A DNA stretch of 64,000 nucleotides from Macrostomum lignano (Eukaryota): NCBI GenBank assembly GCA_002269645.1, contig NIVC01001296.1, positions 1 to 64,000 on the forward strand, written 5' to 3'. Below the pieces are notes generated by a model. It made no database searches, was not told the DNA's origin, and saw nothing but the letters and a program-made list of their open reading frames with translations. The position numbers were made by a program, and so were the translations under genes. This document shows, piece after piece, positions 1 to 14,282 of this stretch; within the stretch, counting starts at the first letter, position 1, and each line of letters starts with the position of its first letter.

Positions 1-1539
1 TCCCTGGTACCTCGGCCATAGCTCTGTTAAGCTAGCTATCATTGCCCAGGTTACATCACAATCAAATGTGATTTTCCCGAGCTGAAACTGGATGTAAAAA
101 AGCACGACTATTACGCCAGCCGGTACATCACACTCCAATGCAGAGCTCACCCTCGGTTTCTTGTTTGCAAAATATTTATTCTATTGTACTTTTATCATTG
201 AAAGCCCTTTAAAACCAGGTTAGATAGCTTTGTAAACCAAAATTGCACCAACAAAGTTTAGAAACTTTCAACTTAGGATTTTGTATTCTCTAGGACCTAG
301 GTCGAACAGAAATCATACAGTTTTTTCACAGAATCAAGGTTCAAGTTCACATAGAAATAGAAAGTAGTAAAGGTAATAAGATATCACGGCCTACGCCAAC
401 ACCTACACTGTACTGTCGGTGTCAGTTTAAGATTAGAATAATCTTCAGTGGAAAATCACAAATTTGGAAATTATACATTTCGTAAATATCGCTATCGCAT
501 TGTCTATCGTTTCTACTGACAGTAGGCCCAAAATACAAAATGGAATCTTGCTTTACTCGTGAATTCTGTTTTTTTCTAATTTGCACTGCCATGGAATGCT
601 TTGAGTGAAACAAGTTATTTTTATCTAATACCATGACAGCTTCCTAGCATTAAAGTTATCACCGTGGACTTGGCTATTTGTGCCGGTTTGCGAAAATTTA
701 AGAAACATATGAGCCTACTGTGTGAGTGAATAATACATGTACACCCATTTAATTAAGTAATAAATTAATAATTCATTCAATCATTTAATTAATGCAAGAT
801 AATATATTTACTGACATAGGCGAATTGCATAAAAAGGCATATATTTTTGCTTTAATAAAATCGCTGCACTCATATATAGCTTTAAAAGGTTGCTGGTACG
901 AGGGAGCATTAAAAATCAGTTTGCAGCAGGAGCAGATTATAATAAAAAACCGCATCTCAGTCTGTTCATGCGATCAAATCGATATTTGTTAATCGGGCGA
1001 ACGAATTTAAATGCCGAGTTGTTCTCCACGGTAGGCCGTTTGAATACGCGCGCGCGGCGCCAAGAAAAATTAAAACAAAAAGGCGATCGATCGATTCTTC
1101 AAATTGAAAATTTGGAGACGCGATTAAAAAGTTGCGCAGATGCGAGTCGAGCGTAACAAACGAACCAACAGAACGCGAAACAGCTGTGAAATAATAAATG
1201 GTAAAATGAGGTTCGCAAGATTTGAAAACGTTTTTGAGGCAGATTTCAGCATGGAAATTAACATCGAAATTTAATGTGCTTATATAAGACGTCTTTTTAG
1301 CAGATTAGATAGCAAAAATACTGTAATACCGTATGGTACAGTACGATAACAAAAGTACGTATTATTGCAAAACTGAATTTACTAAACGCCATGTTTATGG
1401 TTAGCATTGAACTGTATCTACCGTAAATGTACCGTAAAATTGCGAGCCAATACTTGATAAGCCTATAATTACGAATTTAAATATGACAAATTTGACTGAG
1501 TCAAGAATCTGAGTTAAGTTGTCGGATTTTTAAAGGGGT

Positions 1540-1980
1540 ATTAGATAAACTCGGGGGTATTAAATGAACGAGGGTGTTAGGTAGAATACGAGGGTATTAA
1601 ATAAGCCGAGGGTATTATATGAAACAGGGGGTATCAGATCAACAGAGGGGTGTTACATCAACTGAGGGTATTAGCTGAAACGAGAGGCATTAGATAAATC
1701 GAGGGGTATTAGATGAATCGAGGGGTATTAGATGAATCGAGGGGTGTTAGATGAATCGAGGGGTGTTAGATGAATCGAGGGGTGTTAGATGAATTGAGGG
1801 GTGTTAGATGAATCGAGGGGTGTTAGATGAATTGAGGGGTGTTAGATGAATCGAGGAGTGTTAGATGAATTGAGGGGTGTTAGATGAATCGAGGAGTGTT
1901 AGATGAATTGAGGGGTGTTAGATGAATCGAGGGGTATCAGATAAACTGAGGGACATTAGATTCGCCGAGGGGTACATATA
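1540..1980. repeat. 19-bp minisatellite (GAGGGGTGTTAGATGAATC)n, degenerate at both edges
   Basis: Unit read directly from 1690-1940; decayed copies flank it. Confidence 0.9.
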
Positions 1981-2867
1981 AACTGACAAAATGGTATTTG
2001 TTGTATGACTAAAGAAAAGCGGAGTTTACTATTGACGAGTACTATAGTTGGAATTTTTACGGCTACTGGTAGCTGGTGGACTTCGGTAGAGGTATTGACT
2101 TAGGCGAAGGTAAGTTTAATTAATGATGGCTATTTGACATCCTAGATTTCTTACACGTATTGCAGCAGTCATTTATTCTCGCATGGTGATTACAAAATAA
2201 ACTTACAAAAATTCCAATAAAACTTGCACGAGATCGAAAATAAAACAGTTTGGAACACATCAGGCGTGAATGGGGAGCAGTGCAGCGCAACAAGCATAAA
2301 GCAGCGCGTCTTTTGAGGACACAATCTGAGGTTTCGTGAGCGCGTAGACAGGGTAGGTCAAATGTGATGAGGTCGTGATAAAAGGAAGCACCGAGTTATG
2401 GACTGACGCTTAGAGATGTGTGCATAGAAACAAAGCGCAAAAGGAAACTATAGAACTTAAAATGAGAAAAAAACTAAAAAATGAGCATGATGTTTTTGAC
2501 CGCTGCTTGCCGATTTAAGGTCTTATTAAGCTGCTAATATTGAGCAGCAATCTAGGAGCTTATTAAGTTCCTTTAGTTTCATGTCTTTTAATTTTTCGGA
2601 ATCGGAAAATTTGCTTAAAACCTAAGGCTGAAAGGCTTCAACATGCATTGTAGACCCTGTTCTAGACCGTGACCATTAAATCTTACGTCTAACTACGTTT
2701 CTACGAGCGTAGTCAGGATGAATTATGATTCATAGGCATTTAAAACCATAGGCATAACAGTTCGATTGTCTATGCAAGCAGAGGGCCTACCATTCGCATA
2801 ATACGAGCAAAATATCATAATACGAGCAAATAGTTGCAGTCCCCGCTTGCGGTCAAACTCTTCTTTT

Positions 2868-5800
2868 TTACCAATGCCTTTGTTGTCTCCGCCTCTTCCT
2901 CTGCCGCTGCTTCCGCTGCTTCTGACGCCGTCGGTTCCGCTTCTCTTGGCGCCGCCTTTTTGCCCTTCGCCTCTTCTGCTGTCTATACTCTTTGCGAAGT
3001 TCGTTGTAGTTGTTATTGACTCGCTGCTCTTCGTCCAGAGTGTACACCCGAAACGCGAATAAAGACAGGGCAGCCTGGCGGAGCCTCTCGCTGGGCACAG
3101 CGTAGATGTAAATGGCAAACATCCGGCTACCGTTCGGGTCAACTTTGTTCAGACTGTCGTTGCTTATTGTCGGAAGAAATTTCTGGTCGTAGTTTCCAGG
3201 CGCACTCCGATTTTCATAGATTAATTTCATAAATTCAACTGGTTCGTCCTTTTCAAGGTGTCTAATCTTTCTGATTGACTTTTCAGAGGCGTTGGTTCCG
3301 AAGCCTTGGTTCTTGTTGCTTGGAAGGTCAATAGTTGAAACAGTAGACAGCAGTCGAGTCTCTACGTCCCGTACTATTCTCTTGTATGCTTTTTTGAACT
3401 GATATAGTCTACTTCTAAGTCTCATTTTACTGATGCGATTCTGCAAGCTCTGGACAAGGCCCAGCTCAAACACCAAACAGATGTAGCCATTGGAAGATGC
3501 AGTGTAGTGTGCCACCAAATTTGCCGTTCTGGGTGAAGCAATCTGCACTAGAAATGGCACATTGGTTCTGCTGTGGTGCTGCACGTGCATGTGCAGCTGC
3601 AGCAGCTTCTTGTAGCACTTGGCTGTCTCCTTTACTAGCCGTTTGCTGGAACGGCGAAACTCGCGTTGCTTCAGCGTCAGTTCGCACGCCCTCGCAGCTC
3701 TCTCGCGGCGTTGACTCTGAAGTGTGAAGTGATTATTTATTTGCCATTTTGCTTATTGACTGACTTAAGGATTTTTTATTTATTCTTACGTTACCAAGAT
3801 GAAGCGAGGTAGAAACGCTCACCTGAGGTCCATAAGCGTCAGGACTCCTTAGGACTTTCATATTTTCAACGCTATTGTACAGTTCCCATAGCAAGTTGAT
3901 AGCTTCGTCAACCCGTCCGATTCGTGGCTGCACAATGTCCGGGCGTTCCGTGTTGGCCAAATGGACAAACTGCCACTGGAACTGTCGGGGCTTCGTAGTC
4001 CAACTTTCCGCAACTGTAAATGAGACATGTTGATACAAAATTCCGCTTATGCCTGCTCGCGAAAGGGGATGTCAACTTAAGCTTCAGCCCGAAGCAAAGC
4101 TAAGGACCAAACCGACTGCAATCGATAACTTTTCAGGTCGGAACAGCTGACTAGAAACTCCGAGACATCCCACCCAGGTCCCTTCCTTGTGCTCCCAGTG
4201 TCTCTAGTTCCGTAGCTTAAGTTGATATCCCAGTTGCGTACCATGGCCTTATAAACTTTACAAACTAAAAAAATCCGAGAATTGAAGGCAACCTACTGGC
4301 TCTCCGATGTCTGATGGGCCCCTGGCCCGGCTGGCCTTGGTCCTTGATCTTGTGCTCGAGTCTAATAAGCAGACGGATGCTGTCATAGCGACAGGCCTCG
4401 CTGTCGCCTGTTAGGCACATGTGCAACAGGTCCCGGCCGCAGGCCACGCCGCCATACGGCCACACGGAATCGTTGCAGCTATAGTTGGCGGCATTGATGG
4501 CGAAAGAGTCTGACTGGCCGCTGTAAGGCGTGATTTCAACTCTGTAGGCCGAGCCCACCATGTCCAGGCGAGACGGCCGGACCAACAGCGACGTGTTTGG
4601 TGGCATCTGAACTGAAACTGTAGCTTCGTACACACCGTTGTCGGTTCCTGGCACGGGCAGGAGGTCCGTTGAGGATTCCACGTAGTATTGCTGTGAGCAG
4701 GAGACAAACGGCTGGCGGATTCCAGTTTGGGGGTCTTTCCGGTGTAGCATTGACGTATGCCATGCTACTGACTCGGCTTGGCCATCTGGAGGTAGGAGTT
4801 CGAATTTGCTGAGTCTTAATTGTCCTGGTTAATCTCTTGGCTAAGAAGCTAAATTCTTACAGTCGATTTTTTGATAATTATGTTGTAAGCGTCGATAGTA
4901 ATTCTATGCAGGCATGTAGTAAACTGCAGCCAATGCTGCAACGCCAAAGTAACCCAAGTTACACTCACCGGAACCTGGCCAGACCAGGTAGGCGTTTACA
5001 TAGAGAACACTTGGATCGCGGCTCTCTAGCAGGCGAGACACGTTTACAAGAGGGTCTTGGCGATACAGGCTGGCATAGCTAGTGCAGTTGTAGGCGTAGG
5101 AGCCGATTGGCAAAGCGTATCGCTTGGTGCCGTCAAGCAGACCCTCGTGCGGATGGGGCAGAGCACCAGCAAGAGCGATCTGGGCTGAGCAGTACTGGTG
5201 CAGTGGCCGGATAGAGTTCACAACAACGCACACGTACATTTGGTTATGCAGCTGACGCGCCGCAGCCATCATGTGGCTGACGCGAATCCGGATCTGCTGC
5301 GGCGAGGCGCTATTACCTCCGCGACCTCCCGGATCGCAGACCTGCAGGTTATAGCGGCTTGTGCCAAGCTCGATGCTGGGGTACCGCGTGGACAGCTTGA
5401 TGAGCACTTTGGTGCTGCCCAGGCGTTGCAGTCTTTTTGTAGCATTGCCGAACGCGCCGAGGCGCATGCTGAGCGACTGGGTGCCACTGGTCTCCAGACG
5501 ATGAGTGGCGCTGTACCGACTGACTAGCTGGTGATTGTCTCGGACGGCCAAGTCTGCAGTGACGGTTTTGTTCGATTGATTTAAGAAATGGTTTCAAGAA
5601 GAGGGTTTCAAGTACAGTACAGGCTGATCAATCAAGGTGCTCACTTTCGCCGGGAGGCCGGTAGTAATCAGCTTCCAACGAGCGCAACTTCATCGGCCGA
5701 GAGCGCGGTCCGGCTAGCTTGCGGAACTCGAACTCCACAGGCGACAGACAGGGCACAACAGTGGCGAATAGGTTGGTTGGCAGATTGCTCGAGCTTTGGA

Positions 5801-8800
5801 AGACAAACTGCTCGTGCCTGTAGATACGTGATCGCGGGTTGGTATTAGTTACTTTTGTTGGTGCGTACTTGGCCGTGGCTTCTTAAAACTCAGGATAATA
5901 ATTTCAAAAAATAAAACCCTAATGCATTTTTAGAGTGGCAAAAAATATCAAGCTCGCTCATGACGAGAGTGGATGCGACGCATGACCTTGAATTATCAGG
6001 TGTAGTTTAAGCTGCATCTCTGCCTATAGCTTCATCCATCTCCTTCAGAACGCGCACACACGAGCACCCAGTGAACTACAATGAACTAACTGCACCAAAG
6101 ACGGCTATTGGTGAAGCGAAACGTCAACACTAATATTCCTCTGATCCTGCCCAACAAATCCCAGGTATTCCGCCTCGAATGTCATTGGTGTATGCGGCTC
6201 GGTTTACTAATTAACAGGAGCTAGAAACAAAAGTTTTCCGCCGGTACTTTAGCCTTAGCTGTTAGTTACCACAGACACTGGCTTATTACCGCCCACCCCT
6301 GGCTGAACCCAGTCGAGCTGACGTAAGCAAACGGTAATTATATTGGCGGAGGGCCCACGCCTCGTTACAATTTCGTTTATTTGCTGTGCCAAGCAATTTC
6401 GAGCCACAGGCAAATTATGCAATTATATTTTGCTTCTTTTCCGTTTGTTTCACATACCGCCAGATTTTAATCTATATATACCTGTCCTCGTGATGCGAAG
6501 CGGGCAGGTAATCTCGCCCAGTCGGTACACAATTGTCTTGCTTCCCCTTCTCGACATCCTAGACAGATAATACATGTAACTTCCGACTTACTCCAATTGC
6601 ACCCGTTCTTTTCTATTTATAGCACCTGCCGCGCGCCGCTGTTTATCATCGCGCCAGAAATGCAAAAACGCGATTCGGATTCGAATACCAATGCAATGCA
6701 GGCCGTCTCCGGCTATATCGGTACTATGCGGCCGCCCCTCACCGGACCCTCCGCCCGTAGAAGTTCGACCTTCAATCGGTGCAGCGTTCCGAATACGAAC
6801 TGCTGCTCGCTATGGGATCCTTGATATTTGTGTGGGGTGCGCGCACTCTATTATATGGACCTTGGCGTGTCCGCCCCCCAGCCTCTCTAATCAACGGGCT
6901 ATCGACACCTTCCTGGAGAGAGAGAGAGGCAGAGGATACCGCCAACGGTGTGGGATATTTCTCCCCTCGTTATCAGTGCACTAACTTCAAGTTCCTTCGC
7001 CGTCTTATTTTTCCCTTTTCAGGCCGCTGCCCTAGATTCGCGCCGCTATATATCTACAGGTGCAGGGGCTGCGGCAACTCTAAATTAAGCAAATCAGCCA
7101 GTGGTTGGAGGCACCGGTAGAATCGATAGAGGCAAGACTGCAGCAATTTGAAGCCCAGTATCGTTAAAAGATGGTTCGGATCGCCGTTGCCCGCTTGCAC
7201 TGGAAGCATTGTATACCACCGAATTTTTCTCTGCTTTTTTACTCGGAGCTCGGGTACAGACCGGAAAAGGACAGAATGTCATGGAAAAGAAACATGCAAA
7301 AGAACAGGTAAATTGGAAAAAGAAAAGGTAGACGGGCGGACAAACAAGATGAAATTAAGAGAAAGTACAGGTGGCACCGAAGCAAGGAAACTGTTGAAAA
7401 AGATGGACAGCATAAATTGATAAGAAATTACGTCTGTTCTAACAAACTTGTATCTTACTAACTTTAAACCAACCGATAAACACACATGAATCAGACAAAA
7501 CGGATCGGAAACCAACCGGTAAACACACATGAATCAGACAAAACGGATCGGAAACCAACCGATAAACACACATGAATCAGACAAAACGGATCGGAAACCA
7601 ACCGGTAAACACACATGAATCAGACAAAAGATATCAGAAACCAACCGATAAATACACATGAATCAGACAAAACGGATCGGAAACCAACCGATAAACACAC
7701 ATGAATCAGACAAAAGATATCGGAAACCAACCGATAAACACACATGAATCAGACAAAATATATCAGAAACCAACCGATAAACACACATGAATCAGACAAA
7801 ACGGATCGGAAACCAACCGGTAAACACACATGAATCAGACAAAACGGATCGGAAACCAACCGATAAACACACATGAATCAGACAAAACGGATCGGAAACC
7901 AACCGGTAAACACACATGAATCAGACAAAAGATATCAGAAACCAACCGATAAATACACATGAATCAGACAAAACGGATCGGAAACCAACCGATAAACACA
8001 CATGAATCAGACAAAAGATATCGGAAACCAACCGATAAACACACATGAATCAGACAAAATATATCAGAAACCAACCGATAAACACACATGAATCAGACAA
8101 AACGGATCGGAAACCAACCGATAAACAAACATAAATCAGACAAAACATATCAGAAACCAACCGATAAATACACATGAATCAGACAAAACGGATCGGAAAC
8201 CAACCGATAAACACACATGAATCAGACAAAACGGATCGGAAACCAACCGATAAACACACATGAATCAGACAAAATATATCAGAAACCAACCGATAAACAC
8301 ACATAAATCAGACAAAACATATCAGAAACCAACCGATAAACACACATGAATCAGACAAAACGGATCGGAAACCAACCGATAAACACACATGAATCAGACA
8401 AAACATATCAGAAACCAACCGATAAACACACATGAATCAGACAAAACGGATCGGAAACCAACCGATAAATACACATGAATCAGACAAAATATATCAGAAA
8501 CCAACCGATAAACACACATAAATCAGACAAAACATATCAGAAACCAACCGATAAATACACATGAATCAGACAAAACATATCAGAAACCAACCGATAAACA
8601 CACATGAATCAGACAAAACGGATCGGAAACCAACCGATAAACACACATGAATCAGACAAAATATATCAGAAACCAACCGATAAACACACATAAATCAGAC
8701 AAAACATATCAGAAACCAACCGATAAACACACATGAATCAGACAAAACGGATCGGAAACCAACCGATAAACACACATGAATCAGACAAAATATATCAGAA

Positions 8801-10822
8801 ACCAACCGATAAACACACATAAATCAGACAAAACATATCAGAAACCAACCGATAAATACACATGAATCAGACAAAATATATCAGAAACCAACCAAGCGAG
8901 GCAGCATTATGCAAAACGTAGAATATAATTGTCCTGCTGATTCGAGCAAAATCAGAGACAGATTAGTGCAACAGGAGCTGCTGAACCGGTCCCAGAGCGG
9001 GCGCGGATGGACAACATTCGTTGCACGTTCAAGGGTAAACGTCGCATTGAAAAAAAACTATAGAGAAAACTTTCGCAGTTCGAGAAAAGATTATTAGGGG
9101 ACGCCCTAACTTTCATACGGCATCAAAACGACTGCACCTGCTAACCAGCAAGTCGAGGGTGCAAGTCGAGGGTCGAGGACCAGTTTCGGGGACAGTTGCA
9201 TTGGGCCGACTGCACTTTTCCATCCTGGCCTGGAGGGGCACCCTGAACATTGTATACACGAAATAGACAAGATTCGACGCAGGTCGTCTGTCTCTCTGTC
9301 TGTCCCTACAGAGTCTGAAATCTACTAATCTGTATTCATTTTTGCTCCAGCAATCGGGTCCCAGCTTGGCCCCTTGACCAACAGACGGAAAAATGCCTCC
9401 ATGTCCCACTGATTCCACGACTGCAGACAGACGCCTCCCAGCTGCGGGAGCTACATGAGGGGTAGGAGGGAAACAAAGGGTTCAGACTTTGAACATCTGA
9501 ACGGACACTCTAGCCGATTTGTTCTGCTGCAGAAAGTCTACCGCAGCTATATACATATTACACAGTTTTGCCACCAAATTTAGGCGCCCATTCGAGTGGC
9601 GGCGGCTGCGGCGGTAAAATTCGAAAAGATTAAAGAGAAAAGAGAGATAGATAGGTCAAGAAACGACCGTTGGGCTGGTAAATTTGCACTGACAAGACGG
9701 CGGCCGAACCGCTGTTCCGTATTCGTGCCTGGATAGGCAACATTAGGGGGCTATGGTTAGCGAATGTCAGTTATCCCGATGGGGCAGGGGAGATTTACCT
9801 GCGTCATGTGACGCCGCAGCGTCAGTCAACCGACGGGGTCGCGACTACCGCCGGCCCAGCTTCAAGTAGAAAAAATGACGAATATCGCTTTATCCTATTT
9901 CTTCGTCCCAATATCCCACAGGCTCATCCTCTCTATTATAACCTTATTCTGTCCTCCGCTCAGACTACAGGCGGCGGGCCTTGTTTTCTGTCGCGCGGAC
10001 CAGAAAATTTCTCGCTTTGTAACGCGGCTCGACTCTTAAAAAAAGGCGATTTTAGCCCAAGGATATGCACTTTAAATAGGGGGACAGGCCTGGAAGCTGC
10101 TTCTTTGCAAAGCCAATTTTTCATGGGAAAAAAGTGGTAGAAGCTGGGATGGGTGGACTGGATGAAAACAAACGTGTGACGCATTTGTTTTAATCTCAAC
10201 AACACCGTCAGATATTGTAAAGAAGTCTAATTTTCATAGAAATTTTATGATTTTAGAAGTCGCCTTCTAAAAAACACAAAAAATCTCGTGGAAGTTTATA
10301 ATGCGAAGATTAAAAACGGACTGATTGCATGGTAAGCCACTGTTCAGGATTTGGCACGAATTTGAAATCCATGATAGTTCATAGTTTGGCGCGAATTTAA
10401 AATCTGCGATGCTTATATTTCATAGTCTACGTCAAAATAAGCTTGATGCGAATTTTATCTAATTAGTTCCCAGACATTTTTTCTAATTTACTTGTTTTTG
10501 TGGCAAAACTCCTGTACTTGCGTGCATCTTCAAATCATCCCTGTTTACAATCAATTTGAAAAAATTCGCGAAGTGCTACTTTTCCCAATTGTCGCATGCA
10601 CGGCAAAGCCAGTCTCAGTTTATCTCACCGAGTCGTGGCTAGAGTGTACAGCAGCTGCCTGTCCATCGCGTCTTGAATGTCGATCACCTTCCGGTGTTGC
10701 AGCACCGTCTGAGTCAGTCCCAGCGGCAGCTGCGAGCGACCAGCAGACAGCCGTGCTGGCGAGTCCAGCAGCAGTAGCAACGGCAACAGCAATTGAAACA
10801 TTGGCGGTAGAGTGGCTTTCAT
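2868..10822 (-). CDS. NDNF: NDNF/Nord-family secreted FN3-type protein, 6 exons, 839 aa
   Basis: Exons 10822-10629, 5817-5645, 5553-4969, 4824-4297, 4013-3823, 3716-2868. All junctions are GT-AG with consistent phases (2520 nt). Signal-peptide-like start MKATLPPMFQLLLPLLLLLDSPA. From memory of human NDNF: TNLFATVVPCLSPVEFEF ~ TPLSVTVTPCDAPLEWKL; YVCVVVNSIRPLHQYCSAQ ~ YCVVINKEHNFKSLCAVE; VDPNGSRMFAIYIYAV ~ LQPGKSYLLDVYVIG. Confidence 0.75.
7465..8893. repeat. 43-bp minisatellite in NDNF intron 1 (AACCAACCGATAAACACACATGAATCAGACAAAACGGATCGGA), about 33 copies
   Basis: Period 43 (7471 vs 7514), with variants ACGGATCGG / ATATATCAG / ACATATCAG. Confidence 0.95.
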
Positions 10823-13800
10823 GTCTGCAGTCTGTCTGTGCAGTGTAGTCTGGCCACCAGCTTTGAGAGGCGCGGAGGTAGCTGCTATCTGCGAACAGAA
10901 AGCGGGAATCGCGGATGCGGGGAGTAACGCGGTATTAAGGGGTTCCGCCCCGGTAATTATCCCGCCGGCCTGTCGGGCCTCAGCCAATGAGACAAAGACG
11001 CGGCTGACTGGACCGGTTAGGATTGGGAACCATGGGAAATGGGAACTTGCCTTCCCAGCGCGTCCGTGCGAGCGGCAACAAGATTGCGCTGCAAGATAAT
11101 TGCACCGTCTGATCGGCGCAAGAAGTCTGCGGCTTTGCTGGCGTGTTGAGGGCGAGGGCGAAATGCGAATTGGGGGGCATACATGCAGAGCTGGAGAGCA
11201 TTACTATTCCATGGCGTACACGGCGTAGAGGCTCATAGAAGTACCGAGGAGTCATAGGCCAGCAGACAACTGGAGTACCAGTATGCATTTCTTAAACAGC
11301 CGGTAGTTTTAATGTCCCGGCATTAACGTGAAACTTGTGTTAACTCGGCTAATGCTAACACGTATTTTTATTAGAGGCAGAGGGCTGTGTACTTTACCCT
11401 GGCGCACTTTAAACGACATTGTCTCACAACCGGCGAGAGGCATTACTGCCCATTCCCCCTCCCCTGAGCAGGCACACAAGCGCGCGGATACGTACGCAGT
11501 CATACGACAGGTACACACTCACACATGAGTGTACAGCGGCCCTAACTTTATTTATCGTTAGGCATGTACACTTCACTGTGCCTTGGGGGCTGGCCCCCTT
11601 TGGCCGAGGTTGGCCGTTAATTGCACGAGCAGAGCCAAGCCGAGTTTCCAATTCAGCCCCAAATTAATGTGCCTGCACTGGGAATCGAGCCTGGGCCGCT
11701 GGCACATCAAAGCGCCGCGCCAGACCACCGGGCTACGGCCCCCTTCTACACTGGAATTACTCATGTAATTTATTGACTATTATAATGCATAAGCTTCTTA
11801 TAACACTATCGCATTCGAAGAGCAAATAATTATTCCTTTCCACATTCTTTCCCATCCAGTATTTTATGCGATATAGCAAAAACTGCCAGATTTCCAACCA
11901 GATAAGAGCCCCGACCGACCCGGCAACCGGGCGGAGATCTTTAAAAAAAGCGGGACCTCCTGCATGCAGCCACCCATCGGCCCCATCCGCATCTTGGCAG
12001 CGGGCGAGACGTCGCTTCTGCGCAGCATCGTCGCAGAGAGTTTTAGTCATAATTGCCCATCTGCTGCGGCCGCTGTCTAACTGGCGGGGGTGCATAAAAG
12101 AAAAGAGATGGGGCAGGGGGCAGAGCCGCAACTGGTTGATTTGTCCTTGCGGCCGGCTCCGCCTTTTTCTGTTGTCAGAAAACGCCGCCTCGTATTACTT
12201 AACCCCCCCCCCCGACCACCCCTCCAAGGTCGTGGCCGTGTTTATCCCCGGATCGGCAGGGCGAGGAGAAAGATCGCTAGAGAGGGAGGGAAAGGTAGGA
12301 TAAGTGCGAAACTGCGCTGCTGGGTCAAACTGGTGTGCGCCTGCATGACTCAGCCTGTGACACCTAAAAACCCTTTTAAAGAATCATTCAACAGAAAAAA
12401 AACTGTTCTGTTTTTTAACCTTTCCCTGTAAAAAGCGGGGTAAGTTGGTACACATGTACTTGCTAGTTAAACAGCGCTACCAGCTATAAACGATTTGGTT
12501 AAACAGGGTCACAGGGTCACAGAAAGTCCAACCCTTTAAGCCCCCAGAAAGTTCAGAAAGAACAGCAGCAGACCGTCGGGTTCTTAAGATACGCTCGTAC
12601 GTGTAGCAACCACAGGTTGTATTTGGTTAAATGCAAACTTTCCCTGCAGCCGAAATCCCGCCCCAGGGACAGGCCCTAAAAAATTAGTTATCATTTGTTT
12701 TGCTACGATTTTTGACCACTTCTAAAGTTAGGTTGGAAGGCCAAAATTTATAGACCCTCGGCCTCAGCTGAAGGCAGCGCGGGGAAGTAGCGGGACCCGC
12801 CAGTCCGAACACCAATGTAAACCGGCCTGATGTAGGCAGTGGGCGCGGCATAGGAAGATCAGAAGGGAATTGGAAGGTCAAGACTGATGAAGGGGATCTG
12901 AGAGGAGAGAGAAAAATAACGAGCAAGGAGATACACAGACTTGGCTGGGATACCTGGAGGGATTAGGGAGATGATGGGTGGAAAAATAGCTGACTGGAAA
13001 AGCCCCCATGCCAGGGTCAGCTTCACGCTATAATCCCCAAGGTGCCCGAGCCGAGATTTTCAAGATATTACGGACTGAGGAAGGTTGTATTTATAAGATC
13101 TGCCAGATCCCTATAATTGAACTCGTTGATTGCAGGGGTGTAGCCATAATTTTTCACTGCATGGGGAGGCCACATCTCAGATACATGTAGGGACGCCAAA
13201 GCTACTGCAAGGGGGCGCCATATTACTTTTTTTCCAGCCGATTGTAGGGGAGGAGGGGGCCTTGACCCGGTTGATCGCCTCCATCACCAGCCTTACATCA
13301 GCTCGCCTCCCCTGCAATCCGCTCCGCAGTTGTCACCGCCGCACAAGCTCCCACCCGCGGCACCTCCCGCTACTATACCCGCCACAAACGCCGTTTTTCT
13401 AACCCGACTGCTGCATCCAAACGAAAATCTTTCCTCCTGCCAACACCCATTGGCCCATGTCCACCGACCCCCGCACCGCCAAATTTGGACTCCAAACTTT
13501 AAATAGGCGGTTAAAGGCCTCGTAAGACAAACTTTCTACTGATGAAATCTCCAAATCTTCGCCAGGAAGACGCAAGTCATCAGTAAAACGCCATCATGCG
13601 GTTGGCCCCGCTCGATCCACTTCAAATAAATGCAAATCAGCAATCAGCGTCGGCACGATCTAATCCCGCCAACCCTGACCCGCTGACGAGATTTAACTGT
13701 CCATCAGCACTGGAATGAAAGGATTAGTCTAACCCTGCGGTCACATGATGCATCTGCTGGAGTAGACAAAAAATAGCGTTTCTAACAGAGACCTCGCCCT

Positions 13801-14282
13801 ACTCGGCCCATGAAAGATGCTCTTATATTTAAAAAAGATAATGACCGTCCGTTGTTTAAAGTAACAAGCAGCTCTCTTGCAAAAACTCTTGTGCAAACCA
13901 CGGCCCCCATCCTGCTATTTTATCTGCTATTTTAATGCTGATAGCGTTTTATGTCGAATTTGATGACCGTTTTTGGGCCGGTCTATTGTTTGCATAGAAC
14001 AAGCCAGGGTCATTAAGCTCCTGTTTGATTTGTCTCCCCAACAGGCTTAGCGAAGTAGTTCGTACACGAAATTCCGCAAAGCTCTTGAATGGCAAAATAA
14101 ATGTACCGCTTAGCGAATACAAGTCACAGAGTACAAATGACAAAGCAAAACAAACACGCCAAAGTTCAACTGGGTGCAACTCAGAAACGACGGCACACGG
14201 ATAGACGAAATTCGTCTGGAAGATGACTCAAAGAGTCTCACATTCTTTAATGAGACTTAGGATTATTCAACCATTGATATGT

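Noticed and set aside
48-215. Possible terminal exon of an upstream gene (cccag|GT TAC ATC ACA ATC AAA TGT...; YITIKCDFPELKLDVKKHDYY)
   Set aside because: Short, no recognised homology, upstream context outside the window.
2868-3590. 240-aa ORF with an Arg-rich end as a viral capsid or protamine-like gene
   Set aside because: It is the in-frame last exon of the NDNF-like gene (acceptor at 3717).
4265-4750. RHRR followed by a hydrophobic peptide, resembling a retroviral env furin site and fusion peptide
   Set aside because: The hydrophobic part lies past the donor at 4296 and is intronic; no retroviral context.
7465-8893. CRISPR-like appearance of 30-43 bp repeats here and elsewhere
   Set aside because: Units are directly head-to-tail with no unique spacers, no cas genes, and the DNA is eukaryotic.
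14045-14207. Strong plus-strand acceptor (tttgtctccccaacag) followed by a 52-codon open frame
   Set aside because: No upstream exon or homology identified; cannot support a gene.
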